From Octopus bimaculoides (lineage: Eukaryota), in the NCBI RefSeq assembly GCF_001194135.2, contig NC_068981.1:38545871-38609870 (forward strand): a DNA stretch of 64,000 nt, in the 5' to 3' direction. Numbering within the stretch: the stretch's first letter is position 1; every line of letters begins with the position of its first letter. Position numbers and translations under genes: made by a program. The notes beneath the pieces were generated by a model. It ran no database searches. It had not been told where the DNA came from and worked only from the letters and a program-made list of their open reading frames with translations. Of the stretch, positions 50,478 through 62,739 are shown piece after piece.

Positions 50478-53037
50478 ATATAATTTTTAATCTTTGAATT
50501 TTTTAAATATGCTAAGCCACTGGTTTTAATTGATTAATATCAATTTCTACCCTCATTATTTAACTTTATATATATATATACATATACATATATATATATC
50601 ACCTTCATCATTTAAAATGTTCACTTGTTAATGGTTGCATGAAGTGAGTCAAAAAATTCCATGTGACAGATGTTTATGGACTGACACCTTTACTCCTGTC
50701 AACCCTCACCTATTTTTAAACAAAATAATATTTCTTCTACTTCTTCAAATATGAATGAGATGACCAGTTATATTTTCATGGAAGATTGCAAATGAATAAC
50801 ACTAGTTTTGTGAAGGTAATTTTTATTTACAGTTAGTGTAGGATTTCATGAATGGGTGACATCAACATACCTAATTGCACACACATACACAGTTCTTTAG
50901 TTTCCATCTATCAAATTCTATCAAAAAGCTTTGGTGAGCCTGTGGTTATACCAGAAGACACTTGCTGAAAGTGTGCATTGGGATTAAACCTGAAATCACA
51001 TGATTGTGAAGTGAATTTCAAACTTCTTTACTACATAGCCATCATGGCCATGTTTCTCTCTCTCTCTCCACATACACTCGCACACAGACACAGACACACA
51101 CATATATATACACATACACACAAATATATAAGACGTGCTTGTGTCTGTGCGTGTATATGTATATATATATATATATATATATTGTGTGTATATGTGTGTG
51201 TGTGTAATTCTTGGTGTTCTAACATAAATTCCTAAACATACTTGCATAAACATTTCTAAGTATATTGATTATTTTTTTAAGTCTACATTACTTTCATTGA
51301 ATTATTTTTTTAATGCTTATTCACTTCAGTAATTGCTTCATGTGATTCCTTTCTTTTGCTCACATTTTATTTCTTTATTCAATTTATTCTTCTAAATTCC
51401 TAACATTGCTGAACATGCAGTGTATATGTGACTGTTGCCTGCAATGGAATGCTGTTGGCTGTTCATTTGATTACACATCTCACAACTAACATCAGTGTCT
51501 TCGTCGTCAATGTTCTTTCTTTTTTTTTTTTGTTCAATACTATTGAAGAAAAAAAGAAGTAAAAGAAACGAAAGTATAAAAAGGAGAAAATTCAAACATA
51601 CTAGTGGAAAGGAACTCAACAAAAAATTCATCTACAGAACTGAAGGAAAATTCAACAGGACCAAAAATGCAATGATAACCAAACAAAAAGTTAGATAAAG
51701 AAATTCTTGAAATAACTTGTATTATGTGAAATGATAGAAAACTGGGACAAAGAAATGTCATATGAATAATATGCATATAAAACAAAATGAAGCGACAGTG
51801 TTGATAAGAGAAGCAGCCATGAAGAAATGGAAAATGGAAAAAGAATAAAGAGAAACAACTATATTTCATGCACTTAATTTTCTTTATAAATGTGTTTTTG
51901 CAAGATTAATTTCCCTTCTGTCTCAGAATTTAGGAAGCTTTATTACCTTTTTCCGCATATATATTTTTTATTTTAATATTGACAAGATTTCTTTAAATCC
52001 CATTAAGTTTGAATTAAAAACAAAATATGATTACACTGTCCATTATTTCCCCTGCATCAATGTCATATTGTACCACATCACGCTATGCAATTACATCTGT
52101 TTTAAATAATGTTTCATTATAAATAACACAACGGAAATATGAGGTTTCACTTGCTTTATAGTTTATCTTATTCTGTTTTTTGCAGAACCTGTCTAGTTCA
52201 TAATTTCATATACAGTTTTAGATATTTAGTCTCGTGCATATGTTTTATTAACAAATGAATTGTTAACCTCATGCCTCAAGCTCTTTGTAATCTGCCACAG
52301 AATGAGATTACTATGTATCTTCCGCATTCCAAGTCAAAAGAGAAAGCTACCTTAGGCAAGGAAATAACAAGATATTTGTGGCAGAGTTTTTAAATCTATA
52401 AATTCTAGATAAGGTTTGCAAACATTTCCCTTTACTGAAATATTTTTATCTAGTTTTCCATTCTTAATCTCCTAACATTCCTGTTTTGTTTTCATGTGTT
52501 GCTTTAGAATTACATGGATAATAGACATATAGAATAATTGAGTATCTAATATTCTATATAAAAGGAAAATATCAATAATTATATGTCTGGAAATCTAGAA
52601 AGTGTACATAATATATTTAAGAGTTTATAATACATTAGTATAATATTTGATATGCGTGTATATGAAAGTAAACAAACATGTGAAAGGGTGAGAGCATGCA
52701 TAATGTATCAATAAAATTATTTCATGCATGCTTTCCCAGCCAGTCTCCAGTATGGGTTGCATGTATACATATATTTATAGGTAAAGAGGTTGCTTCCCAA
52801 CAATGTGGTTTTTGAGTTCAGTCCCACCATGCACCACCTTGAGCAGTTGTCTTCTATAGCACTGGCCTTGTAAGAGAATTTAGTTGATAGCAACTGAAAG
52901 AAGTCCTTTGTATATATATATATATATATATATATTCTTTTACTCATTTGAGCCATGCAGTTGCAGTCATGCTGGATATATATATATCATCAGTAAATCA
53001 TAAATCTGAAAGAGAAACACACTAAGTTATAGAGTAG

Positions 53038-53089
53038 TAGAGTATTTAGAGGAAGTTAGTTATATAACTAACCTTCTCTAAACACTCTA
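53038..53089. repeat. 52-bp palindrome ending a short TA-flanked element (about 52988-53090)
   Basis: tagagtatttagaggaagttagtta-ta-taactaaccttctctaaacactcta. Confidence 0.9.
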
Positions 53090-53170
53090 AATATATATGT
53101 ATATATATCGTTTGTAAATAACATAAATCTGAAAGAAGAAGCACACTCTAAGATGTAGAGTGGTACATAT

Positions 53171-53443
53171 TAAAATTGGGGAAGGCCGGTATATAGAATT
53201 ACCTTAGGTCCATAAAGGGTTTAGCTTTATGGTATATCGTCAGATCCCAAAAACTTGTTGGTCCAAGACCACTTGAAAATATGGAAGAGGAAATGGCTTT
53301 GAGTAGTGAGGCATTTCCCCTTCCATATTTTTAAGAGGCCATGAGCCAATAGCTTTTGGGATCTGACAATATGCCATTAAAGCTAAACCCTTTATGGATG
53401 GGAAACCTAAGGTAATCTCATAAACCAGCCTTCCCCAATTTTA
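53171..53443. repeat. 273-bp foldback with about 10-nt loop
   Basis: taaaattggggaaggc...ccataaagggtttagcttta...gtcagatcccaaaa...aaaatatggaag pairs with the mirror arm ending gccttccccaatttta. Confidence 0.92.
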
Positions 53444-53489
53444 TTATATAGATATATGTACACGCACACACACACATATATATCACTGT

Positions 53490-53740
53490 ATCAGCCAGAC
53501 TATCAGATGTTGTTATACACCACTGTAACAATTCAAAGTTTTTGAATGACGTCTCTCTGCTGGCTAGACAGGCAAATCAACATACCTCTTAAATGGAGCA
53601 CCAATTAATCACAGGGTTACCCATTTGGAGCTGAGAGGAGTGGAGCAACATGGGATGAAGTGCTTTGCTCCAGAACACAACACACTGATGGTCTGAAATC
53701 AAAACTATGATATTGTCATTCTGAGCCCATGTGCCTTCAC
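53490..53740 (-). mobile_element. tRNA-derived SINE, degenerate
   Basis: gtggagcaacatgggatgaagtgctttgctccagaacacaacac core; related copy at 63152-63400. Confidence 0.6.
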
Positions 53741-53789
53741 ACATACATATATTAATGTGTGTGTGAGAGTGTATGTTTGTGTCTCTTTG

Positions 53790-53995
53790 CCTTGATATCA
53801 CATGATAGTTGTATTACTATCATACAAACAGTTTTGTTCATTTCAAGTACTTTAAGGAAACATGTCTGGCAATGGGGAAATATTACTTTGCTTGGCAACA
53901 GGTGAGGGCATACAGCTGTTGTAAAATCTACCTCAGCAAATTCCATTAGACCCATGCAAGCATGGAAATGAGGATGTTAAAATGGTGATGATATA
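53790..53995 (+). mobile_element. RTE-tail repeat fragment
   Basis: gacccatgcaagcatggaaatgaggatgttaaaatggtgatgat tail. Confidence 0.65.
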
Positions 53996-53997
53996 TA

Positions 53998-54203
53998 CAG
54001 AGGAGTGCTGGTTTTAAAGGTATCACAAAAGGCCTTGTTGGAGGCTTAAACCTCTAAGTTCTTTTACAGGTTTTAGAAAAACTGAAGAACTGCTATAATA
54101 TGTGTGTGAATCTGAGAGAGGAATATGTTGAATAAAATCATAATTAACTGATCCTCCTGTATTTTCTTTTACTGAAAGCCATGAACATTTCAGCTCTCAC
54201 TCG
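53998..54203. mobile_element. Mariner-derived MITE, TA-flanked
   Basis: Same internal block as 5788 and 29832. Confidence 0.85.
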
Positions 54204-54299
54204 TATGTATGTGTAGATCTGTGTAAATGTGTATATCCAAGGCTTGACATCATATGATGTTTGTAAATGTACATCTTTTGAGAAACCACTGTCTGGGAA

Positions 54300-54581
54300 T
54301 TGGGAAGTTTGTCTTGCTTGAAAATGAGGTAACCATTGAAAGCAGGGTCCCATGGTTTTCTGCAATTTTACGCTAAGTCTACCTTCAAATTGAGCCACAA
54401 TACGGCCTCTTTGAAATTCAGACAGTTCCAAAAGGCTTCTTTTGTACGTGGCATGATTAAATAGTCACATATAGAACCTAAAACATAAAAATGTCAATTA
54501 ATAAAAAATATAAACCTTTTCAAATTAAAATAAACATAAAACGATGTTTTATGAGATGTCTATTTATTTCTGTCATGTCTG
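54300..54581 (-). mobile_element. 5' terminal fragment of the same Tc1 family as 18084-19541
   Basis: TIR cagacatgacagaaataaatagaca; MELSEFQRGRIV vs MELSEFQKCCIL; shared aataaaaaatataa...aaaataaacataaaacgat leader. Confidence 0.85.
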
Positions 54582-54828
54582 TTTGTGTATACGCACACAT
54601 TTTATACTTTTAACAGTTTTGATCATTCTCCTGCAACCATACTGTAGAATCTCGTTCATGGGTTTTAGTTAATACTTATTTCAGTTTGGTACTTAGCTTA
54701 ATAATCTCTGTTTATTGATTTGTAGTTATCTGTTGACATATAGTGATATAACTGAACACACTAGTACATACGTGCGCACACACACACACACACTAGTACA
54801 TACGTGCGCACACACACACACACTTGTA

Positions 54829-55622
54829 CAGGTTGGAGCAGAGAGGGACGGACGTTTTTGAAATGGTTATTACTCAGCCCCAGAGCGGAGGGATGTTCGG
54901 TCCGGGGTGTGCTAGTATTTTTTTTTCCCTTTCACGTGAAGCCATGGCGCTGTGGACGAGAGAGTATCACGTATTTGCTTACGACGGTTACGTGAAAAAT
55001 AACGTGTCTGTCAGCAGTTCAGCGTGAGTTTCGAAGCTGCTTCAACATTCACTGAAATCAGGCTGTTCCCACTCGGAAAATGTAGAACGCGTCAGATAAG
55101 CTTTGATACGGAGTCCAAATCGTTCTGGAGGTATTCCACTGAACTTGACATCAGTAATCGATTACTGAGGCGTATTTTGCATGAAGACCTGCATTTCTAC
55201 TCGGTCCACACAGCCAGAATATCAGTGGACGTTCTTCGCCCTCTTTGGTGACCGTCTCATTTTCAGGCTTGCTGAATTTCCTTGGCCCCTTCAGTCCCCG
55301 GATTTATCAATGTGTGATTATTTCTTGTGAAGAAACCTCAAGGCAAATGTGTATGTGCATAAGCCCCATACATTGGATGATTTGAAGGAAGCTATTCGCG
55401 CGGATGTCGTTCAAATCGATAGAACAATGCTGAATAGAGTGGAGTCCAACTTCCAAGAAGTCAATGAACGGATACCATATGATGGATGTTGTTTTTTACA
55501 CTTAATTTTCACAAATGCTAATTCAATACGAACACATTGATGTCAATAAAAAATTGATTGCAGCTAAAATTAATGATTTTGTGAATTTTTTCAAAAGCGT
55601 CCGTCCTCTCTGTCCCACCCTG
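54829..55622 (+). mobile_element. Internally deleted Tc1/mariner element (rosa/maT-like), 794 bp, TA TSD
   Basis: TIRs caggttggagcagagagggacggacgtttttgaaa / tttcaaaagcgtccgtcctctctgtcccaccctg; WPLQSPDLSMCDYFL..LKANVYVHKPHTLDDLKEAI. Confidence 0.9.
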
Positions 55623-56694
55623 TATTTAAATAATGAATTTATTGTATGCAGTGCCCAGGTGCACTACAACTCATCAGAAAAAAGTAACCAAAGCTGCATG
55701 AACGGTACACAGAATATGCACAGGACGTGAACAGAGAAAAAGTCTTAGGGAAAAATGGAAGAAGAAACGGGTAGAGGGATATTATGTGTACTGTTGGCAG
55801 ATTCTAGGGAGAATGGAAGTTTTGAGGAATGCTGTGTCTCGACAGCTAGCAACTGACGCAGGTAGTTTATTCTATGCTTCAGCAATTCTGGGCGTGCAAA
55901 CATGGTTTTGCAAAATTTATGAGTGTTGTGTTGTTTTTTTTTATTTTTATTTTGTAAGCATGTCCACAAGTGTTAGATATATGAAGTACAAACAGGTGCC
56001 GAAGGTTGTTGTTGCACATTCCAGATTCGAGACCGACCTCCAATTTTGCTGTAAAATTCTTTGTTATTTTGTTATATAATGCTTTGCGTCTAGTTGTTTT
56101 CGGATGGCTTCCATCACTACTGGTTGATGTCCTGTCACGCACTGTCGTTTTGTCTAAATGCGAAGCAAAGGAAATTATATCACCATCGTTAGTCTCATTA
56201 TACTTCAATCAAGGGATGGCATCGACGTGCGGAATACTTTTACCCTGAACGTGTTTAACGACGAAATCGTACTGTAATATGATCAAACTCCACCTGGCTA
56301 TTTTTTTGCGAAGCACATTGAGATATAATTAAATCCTTCGCGAACAGGGTTTTTAAAGGCTAGTGATCTGTTTCCAAATAAAACTGCTTTCCTAGAAGGA
56401 AATGCCACAGTATCTACGCACCATACCACTGCATAAGCTACTCTCTCTATGTTCGACCAATTTCGTTGTGCCTGGCTAAGGGTGTGACTTATGAATGCTA
56501 CTGGGTGTCCTTCCTAGGATAACACCCCAGCTACTGCAAAGATGCATCTACAGTGAGTGCTCATCATCTCCATTGAGTACGGTTGCAAAACTGGAGCTTC
56601 CGAAAGATGAGTGATAAGCATGCGGAAGGCGTTTTTTTTTTTTTTTGTTCTTTACCCAACTGAAATTCTTTAGATCTAGCTGATAAGAATGGTT

Positions 56695-57363
56695 TTACTT
56701 TTCCAGCATGTGCCGGAACATGTAGTAATTTGTCAAATCCAATATTTTGTCAATATCTTCCTTCGATTTTGGTACTTGTATGTCCTTTAGTTTTGCTACC
56801 AATTCCTGAGATGGAGAAATACCCTCTTCAGATATGTTCATTCCCAGAAAAACCAAATTTCTTCTTCTGGAGAATGACTTTTCTTTGTTAAAGGAGAACT
56901 GCGCCTTGGTTAGCCTTGCAACTACCACATCTATTACACATTTTTTTCTAGATGCTGGACATACGACATGAGCTTTGTGTGTACGCCCATGAGTTTGACA
57001 TTTCTCTACAACGTCACAACTGCAGGTATTCTTGCCGACGTTAGAATTTTTTATTGTTTCCGATTCTATGCTGGATGCGAGAACAACTATTTCAGTGCAA
57101 TTCATTTTCGAATGACACCGTAACTGATTCAACATTTTTAGCTTGATGTCTGCCGATGATGATCCCCCGATGAAAATGAGTTTCATGGTTTCCTCTTCCG
57201 GATTTTCTTTCAACCTATTCAAATGACAGGAGGAAGCTTCAGAATTAATCCTTTGAAGAAAGTCGTTGATTGACTCATCTTCTAGTTGCTCTAGTTCCAA
57301 TAATCTTAACCTGTCCGCAATTAACAATCTCTCCGGTTTTATAAGTTGTTGCAATGCATTCAT
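56695..57363 (-). CDS. 222-aa ORF fusing Gypsy gag (degenerate zinc knuckle) in frame to RT C-terminus; probably non-functional
   Basis: ORF track; junction near PASRKKC|VIDVVVARL. Confidence 0.7.
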   Translation of the reverse strand: MNALQQLIKPERLLIADRLRLLELEQLEDESINDFLQRINSEASSCHLNRLKENPEEETMKLIFIGGSSSADIKLKMLNQLRCHSKMNCTEIVVLASSIESETIKNSNVGKNTCSCDVVEKCQTHGRTHKAHVVCPASRKKCVIDVVVARLTKAQFSFNKEKSFSRRRNLVFLGMNISEEGISPSQELVAKLKDIQVPKSKEDIDKILDLTNYYMFRHMLEK

Positions 57364-57546
57364 TATTGTTGATATGTTGCGTTCTGAAGACCTACCGGAA
57401 AAAGAACCTCTTTCGACTTCATTATGGCTTCAACTCCACAGGTAGAAAGAAATGTTGGCTTCTTTTTGACATCTTCATCGTCGTCGCATTTAAGTATTGC
57501 TTCGAATTTCATCCGAATTGTTGAAATTTAAATGTTTTTCGTATTT

Positions 57547-57560
57547 CATCCTCGTCGTCA
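57547..57560 (-). promoter_or_regulatory. Primer-binding site complementary to tRNA-Ser(GCU) 3' end
   Basis: Minus strand TGACGACGAGGATG (13/14 to TGGCGACGAGGATG) two bases after LTR end ...TTAACA. Confidence 0.7.
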
Positions 57561-57562
57561 TA

Positions 57563-57827
57563 TGTTAAGCGTCACTCTCATAGGAAATGTGTTGAATGTT
57601 CGAAACCGTAAGTTACACTGCTCACTTCCGAGGGTTACGCTGTACAGTTCTTAGCCTCCCTGTGTGTAGCACGGTATTGTCCTTTTTATGGCTGCCAGCT
57701 CGTTCATCTCATGATTTCCACGTGGTTGCAAGAGACTTCTTTTGAGAGTTCTCTATATATATCACTATACCAAAATCAGCAACCCAGTGCAGCTATCGCA
57801 TAAAGCTATATTAGTTAACTGATAACA
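57563..57827 (-). repeat. Putative 265-bp 5' LTR
   Basis: TGTTA...TAACA termini directly upstream of PBS; no second LTR found to confirm the outer end. Confidence 0.5.
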
Positions 57828-60629
57828 TGGGCTATCATTGGCTAGTCTTGCTCCGTATGGTATAAAGTAAACGAAAAATATTTGGAAAGATTTTTTCAAA
57901 CATTTGTTTCCATGAATATGGTTAACATGCCCAGCAGGTGCGAGTTAATTCCCTTTTATTTTAGAAAATATAGATTGTTTGAATCTGAGGTGAATCAAAT
58001 TAGCTAAACACGATTTTGGGATGTTAACTTCCAGTTAAAAGTAAAGGGAATAATAAGGCTGGAAAGGGAGAAGATGTATATAGTAAAGAAAAGTAAATGT
58101 AAAATATCGTGGCTGAATGATGAAAAGAAAGCTAGAAAAGAATAGAGTAAAGAATGTCTGAGGAAAAAACACTACGAGGTGTCTAGCATATATGATTTAG
58201 CTGGGTGAAAGCAGTAGTTTCCATTTGCATAATAGATGTTTTACATAGTGTTTGCTTTCTCTGAAATTCTCAAATTCACAAAGTAATAAAAACATGTACA
58301 CCCTATATAAAATTTCAGTTTTCTTTCCTCTCATTTTCAAAAGTCAAACATACTTGATGTGTGTGTGTGTTTATCTGTTCAAGTTTAAATGATGAAAAGA
58401 AATGTTGCCTTGCTTAAAAACAGCTTTGGATTGGTAGCAGGAAGAGCATCTATTTGTAGAAACCTCTGCCTTATAGACTCTCATCTGATCCATTTAATCA
58501 TGGGAAAAAGATGTTAAAACAGTAATAATGATGAAGATGTGCATTGGTATGCAAGCTTACTATGTGTTGTTGATGTTATCTGCCCCACCATTTCAGTTCT
58601 TAATGATAAACTTGTGATCTCACTTTTTCATTTTTTATCTACTGATTATATTATCCAGTCAATTATCTTTTATTTTAAGGTTATAAGGTGTGATTTGAGA
58701 GAAATTTATTTGCTATTTTTTTTGTAGATTGAATGGCTATGTAGAAGGTGCCTCATTATCAGTTACTGTTTTTGCTGAAGTCAGCCCTGATAAAGCAAAT
58801 ATATAACCACTGGCATTCTATCCATGGACATTCCATCCTTTTATGGGGTATGTAACATTGCATTATCTAATGTGTCTGTTCTTCATTTAGAGGTGTGATT
58901 TCAGGAAGATTTGGTAGATTTTCCTATAAAGTCAAGCAAAAATGTAGAAGTTTCTTGTGTTTTTTGTTGTGGGGATGAGTGTCATAAATTTTGATGTTTT
59001 ATTTTATTAGCACATCTGTGTATTAATTATAATTGTTTATATTTGATTATATTGTTGCGTTCTTCACACTTTATAATATTTTTCTAGCTAGAAATTTGTT
59101 ACAAGTATAGGTTATTAGATTTGACCTATATATATTCGAATATAATTTAGTGGATTATTTTATAAAAATAAACACTTGTGTGAAACAAAAAAAGAAACTA
59201 ATATTTTTATTGATAGCATTACTTTTTCTTTCGGTTGTCAAGATACTCATAACACATTTTAAAAAATGTTGAAGATGTCAAAGAAAATTATCTGTTCAAA
59301 TATCCATTAAGCTTTTTGCAAAATATAGATTTTTTTGTTGTTTTTGTAATTTTTTTTTACTGTAGTTCTGTGTTTTTGTATTTTAAACTATCCTCTTTAG
59401 AATGGCAGCAAAGTAATAAAAGACAAATATCCAGTAAACTTGTCAATGGTTTCAAATAGTTTCTGCTAGATTACTATGAATTCTGCTGACTGTTTATAAG
59501 CTACTGTAAATACAGTACTGTCTGAGACATTTTCTGCTGTTAGGTATTTGGATTTTCATGAGATATTTAACTCTGATCTTTGATCTTTCAATGCTCTTAA
59601 GACAATATTTAAGTTGTTTAGAAGAATCAGAGATGATTGTTGTAATTAAATGCTGAGGATGCTAAACAAATCACTCATAGAACCATAGGGGTCAGGTTTT
59701 ATCTTTAAGCCAAACAAGAGCCTTTTCATTCAGGTTAGACAGTCTACAAAGTTATACTGCTCAGACATAAATGCTTATCCTTCCTTAAACATATTCAACA
59801 TTCTTCTTATTATGGAAAGATGCTTTTAACTGTTTTCATAATGTTTTTTTTTTATCTAATAAATTGCTTTGTTATGGCTTATATTTTAATTACATCTCAG
59901 CTTCTGCTGTTGCAACTAGCTTTTAGGAATTGGGAAGGAGTTGCACATTTCAGCTCAAATTAATGTCTATGGTGTAACAGAGTAATATCAACTGATAACA
60001 CATTTGCAATTTTGGTAATTTAATATAAAATAAGATGGCATTCACAAAATATTCAATTAAAATGTTTCTATTCATTTCAATAAATTTTCTTCTCATTATG
60101 AAACTTATTCTTAATGATATTATATCAAGTAAAATAAGTGGAAAGTTTTCTTTGCCTCAATTTACACTTTTTTATTTTTTTAATGTTAAAATATCCATTT
60201 ATATATTTTTAATTATGCCAACATTTGATGACATTGCCATTTTGTAGATTAATCATCATCATTATTTTCATCATCATCATCATTTTACAGCTGCTTTTCT
60301 ATGCTGGTATGGACTGGAAAAAACATTCAATTCATATATAACTCACAATAATCCTCATCATCATCATTATGATTATAATCAATGTTTTAATTATTATTGG
60401 TGTTATTCTTGTGGCATCCATGTTTGTAGTTCAGCATTTTGTCAAATGAGTCTGGAGAGCTCCCTACTAGCCAGCTTCATGTCAAACTATCCAACACATA
60501 CCAGCTTGGAAAGCGGATGTTAAACAAAGAGAGCAAAGAAAGATATTGTTATATTTTGGTAAGGTCACTTTTTTTCTTGCCAAATAAACACATGCATTAT
60601 ATATTTATTCTTCACTTGTTTATTATTGT

Positions 60630-60960
60630 ATCTTGTGTCTATTGTCTGGAAATCTTTCGTCACACATCTGTGACCTTTTCGGTGACTCTTCCATCCAACA
60701 TGTCTTCTCCTGTTCTGTTTAGTCCACTTTTCCACAAAATTGAGTGCATTCTTTATCACTTTTTATTCCATATTCAAACCAGTATATAGGTGTCACTCTT
60801 AAACACCTTGTTCAACACCTCTGATATTCAGTAGCATTTATGTCGATAGAAATTTTCATTAATGGGTTACATATCATTCTTCTGCAGTCACTACATACCA
60901 TTTTATATACATTATGCCCCATGGCTTTACAGCACCACACCTTGCTTGCATGCCTAGTAT
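60630..60960 (-). mobile_element. Degenerate RTE ORF2 C-terminal fragment
   Basis: Weak resemblance to ACVRSAMLYGSETW...RWFGHV...GRP region. Confidence 0.45.
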
Positions 60961-61079
60961 AGGCTGCCTATTATAAAGTCAGAGGAATGATAGTTGCCAA
61001 CACAGGAAATATCTGTTAAATAGTCCCCCTCCCCTTCTATATACCCAGGTTCTCACTAGGCACTACATTCAACACCTCC

Positions 61080-61750
61080 AATCCCTACTTATATTATGAC
61101 CTCCATAACTTGAGGGTATGCCCTGGAACTTCACCATCTCTCTCTTGGTCTCTGTTATACTCTTGCTGTCTTTCACACACACTCTCTCTCTCTCTCTCTA
61201 GCTATCTATCTCTTTTTCTTACCTCTGGTTGAGTAACCAGTTATCCCCTTTACAGCAGCACACCTGATTTTGTCCTCATTCCTGATCACTATCTCTCTCT
61301 CTCTCTGGCTGGGTAACCATGTATCTCCTCTACAGCAAGACACCTGTTTTTGTCTCTCTGTCACATTCTAACCTTTCATCATCTGATACATGATCACCTC
61401 CTCCAATGCCCCCTCCCCACTCAAAGGTTCTTTGTCTTGCAAGTTACTTGGTAACTCTGCCAGTGCTGATGTCACATAAAAAGCATCCAGTTCACACTGT
61501 AAAGTGGCTGGCATTTCGGAGGGCACCCAGTTGTAAAAGCCATGTCAAAACTGACGTTGTTTATGCTAGTGCCACATAAAAAGCACTCAGTTCACTCTTC
61601 TGGGTGGTTGGTGTTAGGAAGGGTATCCAGCAGTAAAAACCATACCAAAATAGACACAGAAGTATGGTGTAGTATTCTTCTTGGTCAACTCCTGTCAAAC
61701 ACCCAACCCATGCTAGCATGGAAGGCAGACATTAGACAATGATGATGACA
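61080..61750 (+). mobile_element. RTE 3' UTR fragment with internal duplication and (GAT)n tail
   Basis: cttgcaagttacttggt...gtcacataaaaagcatccag...ccaacccatgctagcatggaaggcagacattagacaatgatgatg. Confidence 0.75.
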
Positions 61751-62739
61751 CAATTTTATTTGCACCATATACAGTATACATTCATTATAACCATCTTCAT
61801 CATTAATTATGTTTCTTAAATTTAACTACTTGTTTCTGTGTATCATTCTAGCAATACAAATTATTCATTTCATATCTGGTTATCAACAAAATCAATTCAT
61901 TTAATGCATTTCAGAAGTATAACTATAGCTGTTGTTTATCCATTTTTAGAATGGACAAAATAGTATAACTTCAACACACTCCTTCTATGTATTCAACAAG
62001 GCTACATATAGAATCCTATGGGTATTTTCTATTTAATTCTAGTTATTTAGTATTTTGAGCTTCACCATGTTAATCTTTAAACTTTCAGTTTTGATCACTC
62101 CTTCAAGTTCTGGGAACTAGTTAATCAATATACAAAAGTTTACAAAGCCTCCACTACTAAATTTTATGCAATGATGTCAAAATCTATGTTGAAGAGAACA
62201 GTCAAGGCGGAAAAAATATTGATATACTTGATACATCCCTCACCTTAATTTTGTAATAATGCATAAGACATTTCTTTACAAATTATATACTTGAGACATT
62301 ATTAACCTTACTTTTGTAATTAATGCATGAGCCATTTTTCCCCAGTTACGTTCACATTCTATATAGCCCATCAAACACCAGAGTTTGATAGTTTAAAGAC
62401 TTTATAATATAAAGCAGGAATATATTTTTGAAGCTATGTATCTCACCTGAAGCAGCATTCTCCCCTACAAGCAAAAACAGTGGCCCATCCAACCACCATA
62501 AACTATTATAATTTCTACAAATTTTAGTTTACAGTGTTAAATCTTCTATCACTTACTAACTTTCTCATGATTGTTTTGTCACTTCTTCCATAACTTAACT
62601 TCTTATTGTGAAGTCTTTTAATTCCTGTAGCCTCTTAATGATATAATAGAAGTGATCCTTTGCTCATATTTTAATTCTCTTTGGGATATATATTGGGAAA
62701 TTCAGGAATTTGTCATTAACTTGATCAAGTTGTCTGCAG

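Larger units (their letters stand above)
55860..57827 (-). mobile_element. Ty3/Gypsy (Mag-like) LTR retrotransposon remnant: 5' LTR, PBS, gag, deleted pol, RNase H, start of integrase
   Basis: gag PERLLIADR..Q..ESI..F; RT RLTKAQFSFNKEK..FLG..IS..GISP; RNase H LSEAPVLQPY..GHPVAFIS..LS..QRNWSNIER. Confidence 0.9.

Noticed and set aside
51392-51869. Lys-rich and DEDTDVSCEMC-containing short ORFs
   Set aside because: Driven by A/T homopolymers; cysteine spacing does not complete a zinc finger.
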